The translations under genes and the position numbers were made by a program. Under the pieces are notes generated by a model. The model searched no databases, was not told where the DNA came from, and was given only the letters and a program-made list of their open reading frames with translations. A stretch of 61,718 bases of DNA, the filler included, from Squatina squatina (lineage: Eukaryota): assembly GCA_031763465.1 (NCBI GenBank). It is 4 parts of 4 records of this genome, joined end to end, with 100 filler letters (N's around TTAATTAATTAA, not from the genome) between each part and the next. Parts side by side here need not be neighbours in the genome. Positions count along the whole stretch, not along the records: positions 1 to 15,042 come from JARFOE010000192.1; 3 more parts are not named here. One strand, 5' to 3'. Of this stretch, positions 1 through 13,094 are shown piece by piece (the stretch's first letter is position 1; the number at the start of each line of letters is the position of its first letter).

Positions 1-1305
1 TTTCCTCCTGTAGCCTCTGTGACTCGATATCCCACCACAGCTGCATGTACTCACTGGAACAACAGACAAACCCAAATTTTGCCATGATGATAGTCACAAA
101 TGGAAATGGAATCGTCTGAGTTTGTTTGCACCAATTTGCATCTTAATTACAAGGAACGTAATGATCTACTACAGAAAAAAGTTCAACTGGTCCAATCCCT
201 GACCACACCTGTTGGAAAAATGTTGACGTTTCATTATTAAATTAAAGCGATCAAGTCTCCAGCCTGACATCTGCTGATTCATGTATGTAATCATTCCCAT
301 NNNNNNNNNNTAATCATCTTATTTTCCGAAACACTTTCGAAGCATTTCAAAATGCCACAAATAATCATAGCCTAATTTAAAAAGCACTTGATATCATGAG
401 GTCATCATGCTCCCTAATTTGTTTTGATACTTGTTACTTTTATTCTTATTATATACAAGGATAATAATAAAATGCTGCGTTAAAACTAATTAAAAGATGC
501 AGTTGTGCTAATGACAGGTGCTGTTAACAGCTTTTAAATTATCAGAGGCTGTGATTTTAGGGTGCAGGAAGGCAAGGAAGAGAGAAATTGTAGGTTTGTT
601 CTGGTTGAATAAGCTAAAATATGCAAGATAGTTTTCCTCTTCCATCTCTCTCTAGTGATGCTTTATAGTAGAAAAGCTAAAAATAAAACAAACCTTCTTC
701 ATCTTTAATTGAAGTACAAATCAGGTCACGGCAGACTTCTCTCTCCATTTCCACTTCNNNNNNNNNNNNNNNNNNNNNNNNNNNNNNNNNNNNNNNNNNN
801 NNNNNNNNNNNNNNNNNNNNNNNNNNNNNNNNNNNNNNNNNNNNNNNNNNNNNNNNNTTTCTTCAGTACCGCCTCCCCGCATCACCCTCTCCCCGGCCCC
901 CCACCAACTCAAACTGTTTAAGCTTTTACTTTATTCCATGATGCAGATCCTTTAAGTTTTTTGACAATGTGAATACGACTTACTTCTCAAGACATTTTTA
1001 ACATACTGGACAGACAGAAGTTATGCATTACATTTACTAGTTGGATAAAAGTGCCAATATGATCCTTTCATTTCACACTCTTTTCTCATCATTTCACGGA
1101 GTAGTGCACTGCCTTTTTTGTTCAAACTGATCTATAGCAAACCGATAGTCACTGTTTTTGTGAAGAGAAACTTTCTAGATTAATTCCCAATTCTAGTTCC
1201 GACTATCCTGTAACTGTTTATGCTTGGTTAACTATGGTTAAGTTATTTTTAATCTTATTTGAATATTTTTGTCATGTACTGCGGAATCAAGTGAATCCAA
1301 CTTAC

Positions 1306-1427
1306 CTTCTGGCAAACTGAACAAGTGCATTTTGTATAGTTTGTCTGACTTCGAGTAAAAAAGATTCATCATCGCTTAGAGTATAATACCAGTACTGGAT
1401 ATAGTCCCTTAGTGCAAACTGGATGAC
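1306..1427 (-). CDS. SNX13: Sorting nexin-13, internal coding exon (PXA domain)
   Basis: Acceptor ttttcactttctttttcag| and donor |gtaag. The 122 nt translate to VIQFALRDYIQYWYYTLSDDESFLLEVRQTIQNALVQFAR(R), near-identical to recalled human VIQFSLRDYVQYWYYTLSDDESFLLEIRQTLQNALIQFATR. Confidence 0.93.
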
Positions 1428-2013
1428 CTGAAAAAGAAAGTGAAAATATATAGAAGATTCACAGCTATCTTTTATGGCCCCACCATACTTAATGTGCTGT
1501 AAAAATGTTCAAGCAATAAGGTTCAAGCAGTAAATACTTCATCCTAACCTAGTCTGCATGTCAACATTGTTTTCCTAGCACATCAGCTGTTAAGTATAAT
1601 AAAACACACATGGATCAGAATTATATATCTACTGCAAAGAGAAAAAAATAACTTTGTAAGATAGCAGTCAGTATACATAAAATCTGAATTACACCACTCC
1701 AAAACAGTGTAACACACAAGTAAACCTCAAAAAAGGTGTGGGAGAGTACCATCACTCTTCAAAAGGCACTAAATTTCACAAGAGTGTTCTAGTATTGCAC
1801 GGTAGTTATTTTTTTAAAAAGCGCAATCTCTCCAACTTTGTTTTCTTTCACTCCAATTCTTTTGACAACTTTTGCCCAATACTGCAAGAAATGTCAGCCG
1901 ACATTTTGCACTTGATTCCACAAGCTTCTGTCTCGGAGATAACAGTGCCACCAACTGAGCCAAAATTACATTTTGAGGAAGGGTGAATTTATATGTTGTT
2001 GCATCACATCTCA

Positions 2014-2149
2014 GAAATAATAATAAACCGGACAGATCACCTGGCATCAACCTAGGCTACAGCTTCAGGCACGACAATGGCACACCCAGCCCAGTCGACC
2101 CTGCAAAGTCCTCCTCACTAACATCTGAGGACTTGTGCCAAAATTGAGT
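2014..2149 (+). mobile_element. Non-LTR retrotransposon 5' fragment (RTE-X-like)
   Basis: cagcccagtcgaccctgcaaagtcctcctcactaacatctg..cttgtgccaaaattg resembles the start of an endonuclease ORF in a common shark LINE (recalled). Confidence 0.3.
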
Positions 2150-3693
2150 NNNNNNNNNNNNNNNNNNNNNNNNNNNNNNNNNNNNNNNNNNNNNNNNNNN
2201 NNNNNNNNNNNNNNNNNNNNNNNNNNNNNNNNNNNNNNNNNNNNNNNNNTGATCCTCTTCGAAAAATGGGCAAGGGGGAAGACGGAACAGAAATCAAAGA
2301 ATCAGGATTGGGGCAATTGGTAAGACAGGAGGAGGTCGCATGGATTTCTTAATGCAGATTTTCAATTTTACAAATGATGTTACAGATGAGGGCGGAGGAA
2401 AGGTGTTTGAGGATGCTGTTCATCATGGAGAAAAAGATGTAGATTTTGCTTGCCCTCCATTCGGGTGAAACAGGACAATTTGGCTGAGGAGCGAGAGCAG
2501 TAGAGCTTAGCGCCATTGATCATGGTCACGAATGACTAGGCTGGTCATCCATCAGCTACATGAAAGCTTGCGGTCTTCAGAATTAACAGTAGAAATGAGA
2601 ACTTATGGGGAACTGCAGGAGTAGGTAACGATGAACAACTTAGTGAGAGCAAAGATGTCAAAAGCACAGCATGACAGCAGCTCAACAGAAGATGCAACGT
2701 GAAGGGTTGAAGGCTAAAGGATAGGAAGTTGGGAGCTGGAGTGAACTTTGAGGGGAATCTTGGAAAAAGCTGTATTATGCAGAACCAAAAGGACAAGGGT
2801 AATGGGGTTGGAGAAAGGCAGGTGGATGTGGATAGTAAAAGTGAGGAAGTAGCCATGGATACCCTGATCAAGGAGTCAAAGGTTTCACAGAAGAATTCTT
2901 AAGAAAATATTTGAATACTTAAATCACAGATAAAAAGGTCCATCACCAATGTGGCAATTAACTGATACTTCCCTCAAAAATTAAACACTGCATTGTTACA
3001 TTTACATTTGGCATATTGGTTAATCTGTGCAAAAATATTTTTAAAAAGATCACCTCTATTCTAGCCTGGATAATCTTCCTGTCACGGTCATGCTGGATCC
3101 CGACCCATTTAACCAACACATTAGCACAATTGGAAGCGTCTATGACACTCAAGCCAGAAAGAAAAAAAGTGGTATGGGTCTGGGAAAGAATGGGATTTGT
3201 CCCTGGTAACCACAAAATTGATAATAGACTAAACTGTAACCAAGTGATCAATAGTACATTAAAGGCCATATGGTTTGCACAAACCAGATGAATGTGACGC
3301 TGGAATCTTTTTTAAAATTTATATAATGCTGTTTTTTCCACCTCTAAAATGTGCAGCTAAATCAATATTCTTAATGTAAATTCAACTTTGAAAGCATTTT
3401 CAACAGCTGAACACTATTTTAAAAAACATTAAACCACCTTTTTAAAAAAAAAATCACTATTCTGGCCTGGACAGGCACAGAGCTAAGTAAAATAGCAAAT
3501 CGTATTTAAAATTTTTAACACATGTAATTTCTACAGCAACTTGATATCCATAAATAAATGTGTGTAACAGAAACTAAAATATGCCAGACAGCCTCAAATA
3601 ATTAATCTGGTGGCTAATACAATCCAGAAATTGTTATTTTTATCTAATATTAATAGAGGACAACATGCTAAAAGATAAAAAGGTTATACTCAC

Positions 3694-3806
3694 CCACCCA
3701 CAAAGCACAGGATATAAAACGCAAAGTAAAATATAGCAAAGGGTCCAAAAGTGACTAGAAAAAGAACGACACCAAGGCCTCCCCATCCCCATATGGAAAC
3801 ACCAGC
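3694..3806 (-). CDS. SNX13: Sorting nexin-13, N-terminal transmembrane exon
   Basis: Acceptor ttgttgtttcag| and donor |gtgagt. The 113 nt give AGVSIWGWGGLGVVLFLVTFGPFAIFYFAFYILCFVG(G), matching the recalled SNX13 N-terminus. Same strand and correct order relative to the PXA exon. Confidence 0.93.
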
Positions 3807-3900
3807 CTGAAACAACAAAAAAAGTTAAGCAAGAATATGGTAAGGAAAGTGAACACAAACATATTACTCGATTTAATTAAAAAAAATGAAGTAACTTACA

Positions 3901-3978
3901 GCATAACATAGAACATAGAACATAGAAAATACAGCACATAACAGGCCCTTCGGCCCACGATGTTGTGCCGAACCTTTG
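3901..3978 (-). mobile_element. CR1-clade LINE 3' tail
   Basis: (catagaa)n tail followed by aggcccttcggccc, the reverse of the typical gggccgaagggcct...ctatg CR1 3' end. Confidence 0.6.
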
Positions 3979-4949
3979 NNNNNNNNNNNNNNNNNNNNNN
4001 NNNNNNNNNNNNNNNNNNNNNNNNNNNNNNNNNNNNNNNNNNNNNNNNNNNNNNNNNNNNNNNNNNNNNNNNNNNNNNGATACTCGGTTTGAAATAACTT
4101 TGGTGTATTTGCTTGAACTGTTCGTTTTTGCGTTGCTAACATCTTGTGGGGGGTGGGGTGGAGGGATGCGATTACTAATATTATTGGGATTGAAAGGTTT
4201 ATGTCACATTATGTAGGGCATCTTTTGTTTGAATGAGGCTCATTTGATTATTAAACTTAAAGGCACCATAAACACTGGAGCACCAATGTATCAAGAACAG
4301 GATTTAACTGTGAAATGCAATTTTATAGTGTTAAAATACGCTTTCATCTATTATCTTATATTACCAGCATAAGGCAAAATTGGTGTTCAGTTCAAACTGG
4401 GGTGTGTCACGGCTCGAAGTAGAATTTATTAACATTTGCCTGAAGTAAGCTATGTTTCTACAATAGTAGTGACTTGTTCTGAGAGGCAGCAAAGGTTCCT
4501 TCTCTGGGGTTATGAGAAAGGTATCTCCAGGACACCAAATGGAAGGAAAAGACAATCTGGCCACTGCCCTTAAACTATATTATCAGTGGTGTACATTGTG
4601 CAATTTGTAAGAAAAAGAGTTAGTGAATGTTAATACTAATATTTCATATATAACTCATGAAAATAGAGTAAAAAATTCACACTTAAATAAGATGGTTATA
4701 TTTTCCTCTACCACAAAAAGAGTTAATATAATTTTTTTTGTAAATTTAAATTTCTGCCAATCAAAAAGTCTGCTGTGCAAGATTTTGTTGCAATTAATCT
4801 TGTGCAACACAAATTTGTTGGGATGACAAAAAAGCCAATAAGAACTCATNNNNNNNNNNNNNNNNNNNNNNNNNNNNNNNNNNNNNNNNNNNNNNNNNNN
4901 NNNNNNNNNNNNNNNNNNNNNNNNNNNNNNNNNNNNNNNNNNNNNNNNN

Positions 4950-5060
4950 GCATCACTGGCAAGTCCAGCATTTATTGCCCATCCCTAGTTACCCTTGGGA
5001 AGGTGGTGATGAGCCGCATTCTTGAACCTCTGCAGTCTGTGTGGTGAAGGTACTCCCACA
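4950..5060 (-). mobile_element. LINE 3' end (RTE-X-like)
   Basis: Reverse-complement homolog of 19151-19300 and 60763-60800 (gggcaataaatgctgg..ttgccag..cccacatcc motif). Confidence 0.45.
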
Positions 5061-5061
5061 A

Positions 5062-5250
5062 TAGAAACATAGAAAATAGGAGCGGAGTCGGCCAATTGGG
5101 CCTGCTCTGCTATTCAATATGATCATGGCTGATCGTATAATTCAGTACCCTGTTCCTGCTTTCTCCCCATATCCCTTAATCCCTTCAGCATTAAGAAATA
5201 TATCTATCTCTTTCTTGAATACATTTAATGATTTGGCTTCAACTGCTGCT
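5062..5250 (-). mobile_element. CR1-clade LINE 3' end
   Basis: Encodes AVEAKSLNVFKKEIDIFLNAEGIKGYGEKAG (CR1 ORF2 C-terminus) and has a (ctatgttt) tail. Homologous to 41804-41938 and 35400-35550. Confidence 0.75.
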
Positions 5251-6289
5251 GCACTGGAAACAGCTTCAGATTTTAATCCAACCATCACCCATTTGTTAAA
5301 TTTGACAGGGCCTGCGCGAAACCTGTTCATCCGGGTTTCCCAACAGCTTTGGAGCGCCCCCGCTTCCAACCCACATTGTCCTTTAAAATTCAGCCCATTT
5401 TGTCTGTACGTATCTAGTTTTTCACATTTGTTTACTTTGAGCGTTCTCATTCTCATGGACATCCCCCATTTCATCCGCACATATCAATAATTTTGACTGG
5501 TTAAAGTGCACGATGCTAATTTTAATATTTAAATCTCTTCAACAGTACTCAATATGCAGAAGTTCAAAATTGAAACTCTGCACACAGCTACACAGCAGGG
5601 GTCTATACACACATTTATGCCTCCAAATATGTCCCAGCAAATACGCAGGAGGTGGTGCAAAAGTTATTCTGAACAAATTGCTTTAACATTTAATAACAAT
5701 AAAGAACAGCAAATTAGTCATAATGTTGTGCCATTATGCATGCAGTCTTTTTCAGAATTAAGTAATTTAATTTCCGCAAATTGGACAACAGCCATACTAT
5801 TTATTACAGAGAATTAGGCTCGAAATAGGATAATAGATCCTAGTAAAAAGAGAAATATGGTTAAATACAATGGATGTTTTTGTTGTTTACAACAGTCTGC
5901 AGCTGGGTTAAGGTAGTTATCTCATCATTGGTACTGGCATTCATTGTTCAGATAATTATATTCTTGAAATATATTTAACAAGACAACAATGCTGCATCCG
6001 TAATNNNNNNNNNNNNNNNNNNNNNNNNNNNNNNNNNNNNNNNNNNNNNNNNNNNNNNNNNNNNNNNNNNNNNNNNNNNNNNNNNNNNNNNNNNNNNNNN
6101 NNNNCTGTATCATTTGATGATTCTATGATTCATTCTGGTGCTTATTTGTGACACATTATGAATAATTTCTACTATAGGCCTGCACCCAATAAGAACAATA
6201 ATAAACTGCTGAAATCTATTTTACAAGGTCCATTACAAGAAAGAGATTTTCAACAGTCTTAGATGGATTTGAACTCCCATCTAAGAGGT

Positions 6290-6760
6290 TGAAGAACCTG
6301 CTGCCCCACCAAATTCCCACATTGTATGATTTCCACCCACTTTCCCAAATGTTACCCTATTTTCTCTTCACCTCTCCTGAAGGCAGTGATTCATGGTGAA
6401 GAACAAGTCCACGGCTGCTGACATCTCTTTGGTATCTTGCCCAAGTGACCATTCTTCACCAGGGCTTTGAGTATTAGCAGGTTATTCAACGGGTGTAGGG
6501 GCATGTTGCTGTTAAACCATTCCTGTCCTCATTTGATACACACCCACACATGCAATTCAATATCGGTTACTGGGTAGCAGGAGCAGAATCTCTGGATGCT
6601 TTTCCCCTCAAAAGCTCAGAGCCACTGAGGTTAACTATTGCATCTCTGTTCCTACGTTAATATCAGATAATGTAGTATATACCAGGAATTCCATACAGGA
6701 CCTTAAATGTCATTATGGCTCAGTACCAGAGCATGCAATTCATTTATCCACTGAACCATC
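6290..6760 (-). mobile_element. Old SINE-like repeat (AmnSINE2-like)
   Basis: Shares degenerate blocks with 34290-34450, 47020-47200 and 50300-50610. The family name is from recall. Confidence 0.35.
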
Positions 6761-9700
6761 AGGCGATATTATAGAAAAGATTTACTGGTCACCATGGCCA
6801 ATGACATTGGGTGACAGGAAATTGAGGATAGAGTGCTTTTGCTGGATCTTTATCCGTTGTGTGCTAAATGCAATCATTTGGCTATGTTTCCAGGCTGACC
6901 TAAATTGCACTCATGTGAAATGTACAAGAACCTAATTTGAATACAATACAATAAAATGTTTTTCAATGATGCACAGCATGATTTCCTGTTCACTTAGGAC
7001 AAGTTCATGCTGAGTGTTCCATTTGACTAGTTAGAGTGGGCCTAAGGGAAGCTCCATGTTTGATGAAGCTCTAGAAGGGGCAGATGATTTTGTTTAATAG
7101 ATTTTGAATTTAAATTTTTCCAGTAGCTTTAGTGCTCGTTGTGTTTTTAATTTTGTCCATTTTTAAAAAATCTGTGATTTTAAAATATATATTTCTTAAT
7201 TTATTTTTTGTCAGAACAGTAGAGAATATTTAAGTTGAAACAATATTGCTGAATGTTGCCTGCAAATTTACTGAAAGCCAAATGTAATTAAAGTACAGTA
7301 TTTACAAAATTTCAGCCGAACAGCAAGAGGGGATATGAAAAGGAGCTCTTGCATTATAAACTTTCATGGGAACTCATGGAACCACAAGGAATCTAATTGC
7401 AAGCTACAGGGTGCTGTGGCAAGTCAAGCTAAAATTGATAATGAGAGCTGATTTTAAAGAAATGAGCTGCATCGATATTTAGTGCGAATTGAGAGGTAGA
7501 GAGGTATTAACAGACATCAATGTTTCAGTCGCACGCCACAAACAAGAATTATCTTTAGAAGGGTTCAACTTGAGGAAGATGTCACTTCGCAGAGCTCTAA
7601 ATCGGGGGCCAGGCACTTCACCACAGGAAGAGAAGCAAGCCTATTGGACACATAACTCTAATTAATAGCCCAGTTTAATCAGGCCCTTTCACTTGCTGTA
7701 TGCAGGCTGGATAAACCTTTCCATTATAAGCCCATTGGCTGCCTTTGTTGGAGAACAGGAGAGGTTGGTAGGCTGAATNNNNNNNNNNNNNNNNNNNNNN
7801 NNNNNNNNNNNNNNNNNNNNNNNNNNNNNNNNNNNNNNNNNNNNNNNNNNNNNNNNNNNNNNNNNNNNNNNNNNNNNNCCTTCTTTACATTCAATTAAGG
7901 CTGCCTCTCTTCTGTGTCGAATGAACACCGCCATACTTTGGAGTGGAAGGAGAATAATACAACAGGATTATCTTTTAGTGTTTGACAGTAAGGGGTGTGC
8001 AAGGACTTAATGATTCCACACCTTCCCACATCCAGCACTAGAAAAAAGCTAACAGCGAGGGAAACCATTATTGGGAACAGTGAAAGTAATTGTTGTCTTT
8101 CCTGAGACACTTTAGAAGGTGGCACTATGAACCTCAGTAAATAAAATGGTAGAGGTTTGCAGCCTTGAATAACCTGTATCTGTGTGTGTTAGAGTAAATG
8201 CCTGTATGCAAAGTGATCCTAATTACAAGTAATTCAGTTTTACCAGTTTAAACTATTAGTGGATTCCATTGAACGAAACACAAGTCAGCGATACCATTTT
8301 TGGGCTACCTTGCATATCGCAAAGTCGCTAGTTTTTTTGCCAAGCCAAAAATAACCTCCCAAGTAGCAATTACTTAAATTCTTTTCAGACTTACAAGTAA
8401 AAGGACAACTGAACATTTTAAGCAATAATTGCAAACTAGTCGTTTGCAGAAATTTCCCTTGCATTTAGTTGGATTCATTCATATGGAAACTAGTGTATCT
8501 TTATATCAGTTTCATCTCAAGTAATCTCAGCAATTTTATGGAAATTTGTAGGCAAGCACTGAGTTAAAAATAGTAAGATATTTTAAAGAAGAACATATGG
8601 TTCCGAAAAACAAGAAGCTGTTTTATATGGTAATGAGTGCACATANNNNNNNNNNNNNNNNNNNNNNNNNNNNNNNNNNNNNNNNNNNNNNNNNNNNNNN
8701 NNNNNNNNNNNNNNNNNNNNNNNNNNNNNNNNNNNNNNNNNNNNNGGTTGTGATTGGCCTGCTGTGCAGTATGCCATTTTCACAGGAAAAAAATGTAATT
8801 CAACTTATGTATTCAGTAAATTTATATAATTTTTTTTTTACATCTCATCCATAAAAATATTATCAACAATTTCTAAATCTCTATGTTATAAAGTAGAATT
8901 AGAAAACAGTATTTTACATCTGTAATGTCATATGTGACATGAAGACTCACATTCGTACTGTGCCAGCGGAAGTTAAATTGGCCTTGGGGTGGTCGCGTAA
9001 AATAGGTGCTTGTGAATCGACAGCCCTGCCTGATTTTCTTGTCCATTCCATTGTGTTATCAACCAAGACCAATTTCATCCCCAATGTTTCTGAGTCTATT
9101 TGAGTCTATTAATGCAAGTCCAGTGAATAGCTTCTATCATATTCAATGAGAAAGAAACATTAGCTGCTGTATGTAGAACACTTTTAGCTATGTTTAGCTG
9201 CGGGTTTGCAGGTAGAGAAGTGCAACTGATGAAGTAGCATGTTGAGCTTTCCTGTTCTTGTGTTCAGTGGTTTTCTTATTTTGCATTAAAGTTATTCTAG
9301 AGAGAAAAAGAACCGACTACAATGCAGAAGTACCAATCAAGAAGCAGTTTGCACATGCAAGAAGGTTCACCAGCCTTAGCAGAGGCTTTGATCCATCTGC
9401 AACTGCATTGCCTTGGCATCAACACTGGGGACATGGTAAGTGCAACACAAGGGTNNNNNNNNNNNNNNNNNNNNNNNNNNNNNNNNNNNNNNNNNNNNNN
9501 NNNNNNNNNNNNNNNNNNNNNNNNNNNNNNNNNNNNNNNNNNNNNNNNNNNNNNAGTTTTCTCTTTGCCCCACCAGTGGTGATTGTTGTCTTAGCCCTGA
9601 TCTTTGGATTTGCCTCGTGAAGACCCTCTGCCTTTCCATATTTACAAACACTCTCAAAGCCCACCAGTTCAACCCAACTTTTGGTTACCCCTCTTGATCT

Positions 9701-10019
9701 CTCCATCCACAGATCAGTGTCTGTTCCCATGCCTATTTCTATGCATTTTATTCTCTCCGTAAAGCATTTTGGGACATTTTCTACTTTAAAGGCACTAAAT
9801 AAATGCACGTTGCTGAGTGCAATAGATCTTGTCATACTTATATTTAAGTACATCAGGTGTTCACTAGAAGAGTCCATGACAATAGACTACCTATGGTGTG
9901 AGCTTCTGAGTTCATGCTGTGGAGTTCAACCTATTTTTGGGTTTGACATCTCTGCCCTAGATCTGATGAGAGATCCGCTTTTGTGCATTGTGGGATGTTT
10001 GTAAATTGTGTTTATGGAG

Positions 10020-10277
10020 GTTAAGTGAGTCATGGATGACCAAAATGGGGGTAGCAGTGTGGAATAATATATCTACAGAGTATCATTGCAGGGTGGTTGG
10101 AGGGGGCACTAAAGGAGAAATAGGAGGGGGCCAAGGATAGATCCAGTAACAGTACAGATGCAGGAAGAGAAGCTGTTGCAGGTGATTCTCTGGCTATGAC
10201 TGGAGAAGATAAGAATGGAACCCGGTGAGTGCAGTCACACCCAGCTAGATGACAGAGGAGAGGCATTGGAGGAGGAT
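10020..10277 (-). mobile_element. L2-clade LINE RT fragment, decayed
   Basis: gtgtggaataatatatct..gagtatcattgcagg..aaggagaaataggagggggccaaggatagatcc is the reverse of an L2-type 'SILGPLLF' region. Confidence 0.4.
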
Positions 10278-10299
10278 NNNNNNNNNNTCATAGCACAGA

Positions 10300-10790
10300 C
10301 TACTGATGTTAGGGATCAACCTTGTGGCTCTTCTCTGCACTCCCTCCAGTGCTTAGATGTATATAAGCAACCAGAACTGATACAGTACACAAAGTGTATC
10401 CTGATCAGAACACTACAGTTTTATCACAACTTTCTCTGACTTGTGTTCTACTATTTTGTCCATGTTGTTAAACATCTAAATGGCTTTGTTGATTGCTGCT
10501 CTGCATTAGTTGTACATGTTAAGCATTCAGTCTACAAAGCCTCCTAGGTCACTTTCAACTTCACCATTAGCTGTTTCAGCACTATTCATGGAGTATGTAA
10601 GTCACCTATTTTTCCTTCCTATGTGCAGTACCTTACACTTGTCTGCATTAAATTGCAATTGCCAGTCTTTGGACTACTCATATATTTTGTAATTTCTAGG
10701 CTTACCTCCTTTGATTTCACTGACCCTCCTAATTTGGTATTGTTTGCAAATTTGACCAATTTGCATTCAGTTTTTAATTCCAAGTCATAT
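10300..10790 (-). mobile_element. CR1-clade LINE RT fragment, decayed
   Basis: Reverse strand reads like VKFANNTKLGG... and KCKVLHIG, motifs of CR1 RT, with stop codons. Confidence 0.55.
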
Positions 10791-10791
10791 A

Positions 10792-11562
10792 GGGGGGCCC
10801 AATAGGTGTGTGAAGGCCAGCGCCAATCGGGCGTGAAATGGGCGTTAGACCTCTAAACCCCGCTGGTGGCGGCTACAGCAGAAAGTGAAGAATTTGGAAG
10901 TGCCTCACGCCAGTGTGAAATGGCGTTGGAAACTGGGTGCCGGCAGTGGCAGGTGGCTATGACGTCATCAGCTGCCAAGTCTGCACCAAAGTCGGAGAAT
11001 TGGTTTGCTCATAGAAAGGGGGCGCTGCCCGCACCCGGATTTCTCAGCACAGACCAGCTCCATCGTGGCGCTAATTAAAGGGGCCTGGCTGGCAGCCATT
11101 TTAAATTGTCAATTTTGTCTACCATTGCTGTGCTGCTGGAAAGTGCATCTCAGGGGAATCAACAGTGCATTGCTCTTTGTGGGCCATGGAAGCACAAAAC
11201 ATTGTTTTTCAATGTATTCAGGAATTAATCAGAAAAGCTCCATAATGAACACTTGCTTCATATACTGACTTCAGCAGTGGGTGCACTGATGTTCAGTGCT
11301 GCATTTAAGGGCTGAAGTGCCCTGGTAAGTGATTGAGCTTCATCAGCTTGCTTAGTGAATTGGTCTCGTGGAATCTATCTCGCCCCCTTTGTGACACACT
11401 TGCACCAATTTATGCTCAATTCAAGCCCGATTTTGAACCCACCTGAAAGTTTTTTTTTACAGGGACCAATTTTGCACGTTCAGAGAGTGGCGCAGAAACA
11501 GCGCAAGAAACAGGCTTTTTGGTAACTTAAGTTACCAGCGCGGCGCAAGCCAATTGGGCCCC
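10792..11562. mobile_element. GC-rich non-autonomous TIR DNA transposon (Harbinger/MITE-like)
   Basis: Left end GGGGGGCCCAAT and right end CAATTGGGCCCC form an inverted pair. The interior is CpG-rich against an AT-rich background. Confidence 0.55.
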
Positions 11563-12584
11563 GGCTAATCTTCAAAAAAATTTACCTTTTCTCCCCTGAA
11601 GCATACCGTTTAGCTCTTCCTCTTCAGGTATGCATGAAAGCCATTCTATGCAACTCTCTCGCTCTCAATGCAATTTGTGCGGCCGTGTTTGTGTGTGCAG
11701 GATCAGCCTCTTCTCTTATCACACCCAGAGTAAATGTGACTTCATCTGTTGATTAGACGGGAGACTCCGTCATCACAGTACACATAATAGTGGCAGGCCG
11801 GGTATTAGGAGTGTCTTGTATTATCAAAATATTTAGAATATTGTGGGTACAATGCTTAGAGATGTCTCATTCTTTTAAGGCCCTGAAAGTTGATAAGAGT
11901 TGCAAATGTAGCATTCTTTCATGTTTTACTGTTGAATGCTGCTTGCTGGTCACAGTAACTTTGCAGCTAAATTTGTAATATTGCAGCCTAATATCCAATG
12001 TATAACGTTTCACCTATGCCAGCCATAAAAAAAGCGAAAGATTGGTGTTATCATTAAAACGATATATGCGCAGATGACGGTGAAATGCTATTGAGCAACA
12101 ATCTTCTGTGGTATCAAACTGGCTGCTATACAAATAGCTCAAAGAGTTCTGTTCTCTGCAGATAGCAAGAATGCCAAAACCACAAACTAAGTTCACAAAA
12201 GCACAAAAGCGAGAGGTTTGCATCTATTTGTGGAACTTTTGTTAAAGATAGCGAGCACTTCCTGTGGCTGTATGTGAATGCTTGATGGTGTAGGGATGTA
12301 TGGTTTATTATGCCACTTAATGTATGGAGGATTTAGAACAGCAAACCTCAGCTCTGCAGTTGCTGTTTGTACTGCAGTGTTTTTGCTTCTAAAGTTAAAG
12401 TATGGTATAGATTAACACGATGTCCATCCCACAGCCTAATCCAACCGACCTAGGCCACAGGGTTTTAGCGGAAATCACCAATTGNNNNNNNNNNNNNNNN
12501 NNNNNNNNNNNNNNNNNNNNNNNNNNNNNNNNNNNNNNNNNNNNNNNNNNNNNNNNNNNNNNNNNNNNNNNNNNNNNNNNNNNN

Positions 12585-13094
12585 AATTGGAGGCGGCCTC
12601 CCCCCCGCGACGCCACTGGCGCTGACACCTTAAAGGCGCGTGGCCTGCGCCCGTGGCCGCCATCTTTTCTCGTCGGCCGACATTCTTGACGGCCGATGAG
12701 TGGAGGCCGATCTCCTCCGGCTGGCATGCTCACTGGCGTGCTGGCACCTTGAAAAAAAATGTAAAGCATTCCTTGAGGGCCCCGTGGGCCCTGGATCCTC
12801 TTCGGCCGCGCAAGCCTGTGGCCCTTGCCCTTAAGGGAGGGGGCAGGGCCGCGGCTCGCGCATGCATGGTTACGCCGGCTAATGCCACGCTGCTGGCGTA
12901 ACCCGGAAGTGACACGGCATTGGCTGGGTCAGTGCCGTGGCACTGCAGATTTTGCATTGCCATGCAATGCTGGCCCGTGACAGCCTCAAAGAGGCCAATG
13001 CAGCACCGCAGTGCCCCACTGCTAGCGGAGTGCATTCCTCGCTAAGGGAGCCCAATGCTGCGGCCCATTTGGCCACATTCCAATTGTGCGCCCA
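12585..13094. mobile_element. GC-rich TIR element, right part
   Basis: CpG-rich block ending in CAATTGTGCGCCCA, the terminus shared with 29711, 39251, 45277 and 51103. Confidence 0.5.

Noticed and set aside
12585-13094. CpG-island promoter with overlapping ORFs
   Set aside because: Better explained as a copy of the GC-rich TIR repeat family; the ORFs arise from high GC.
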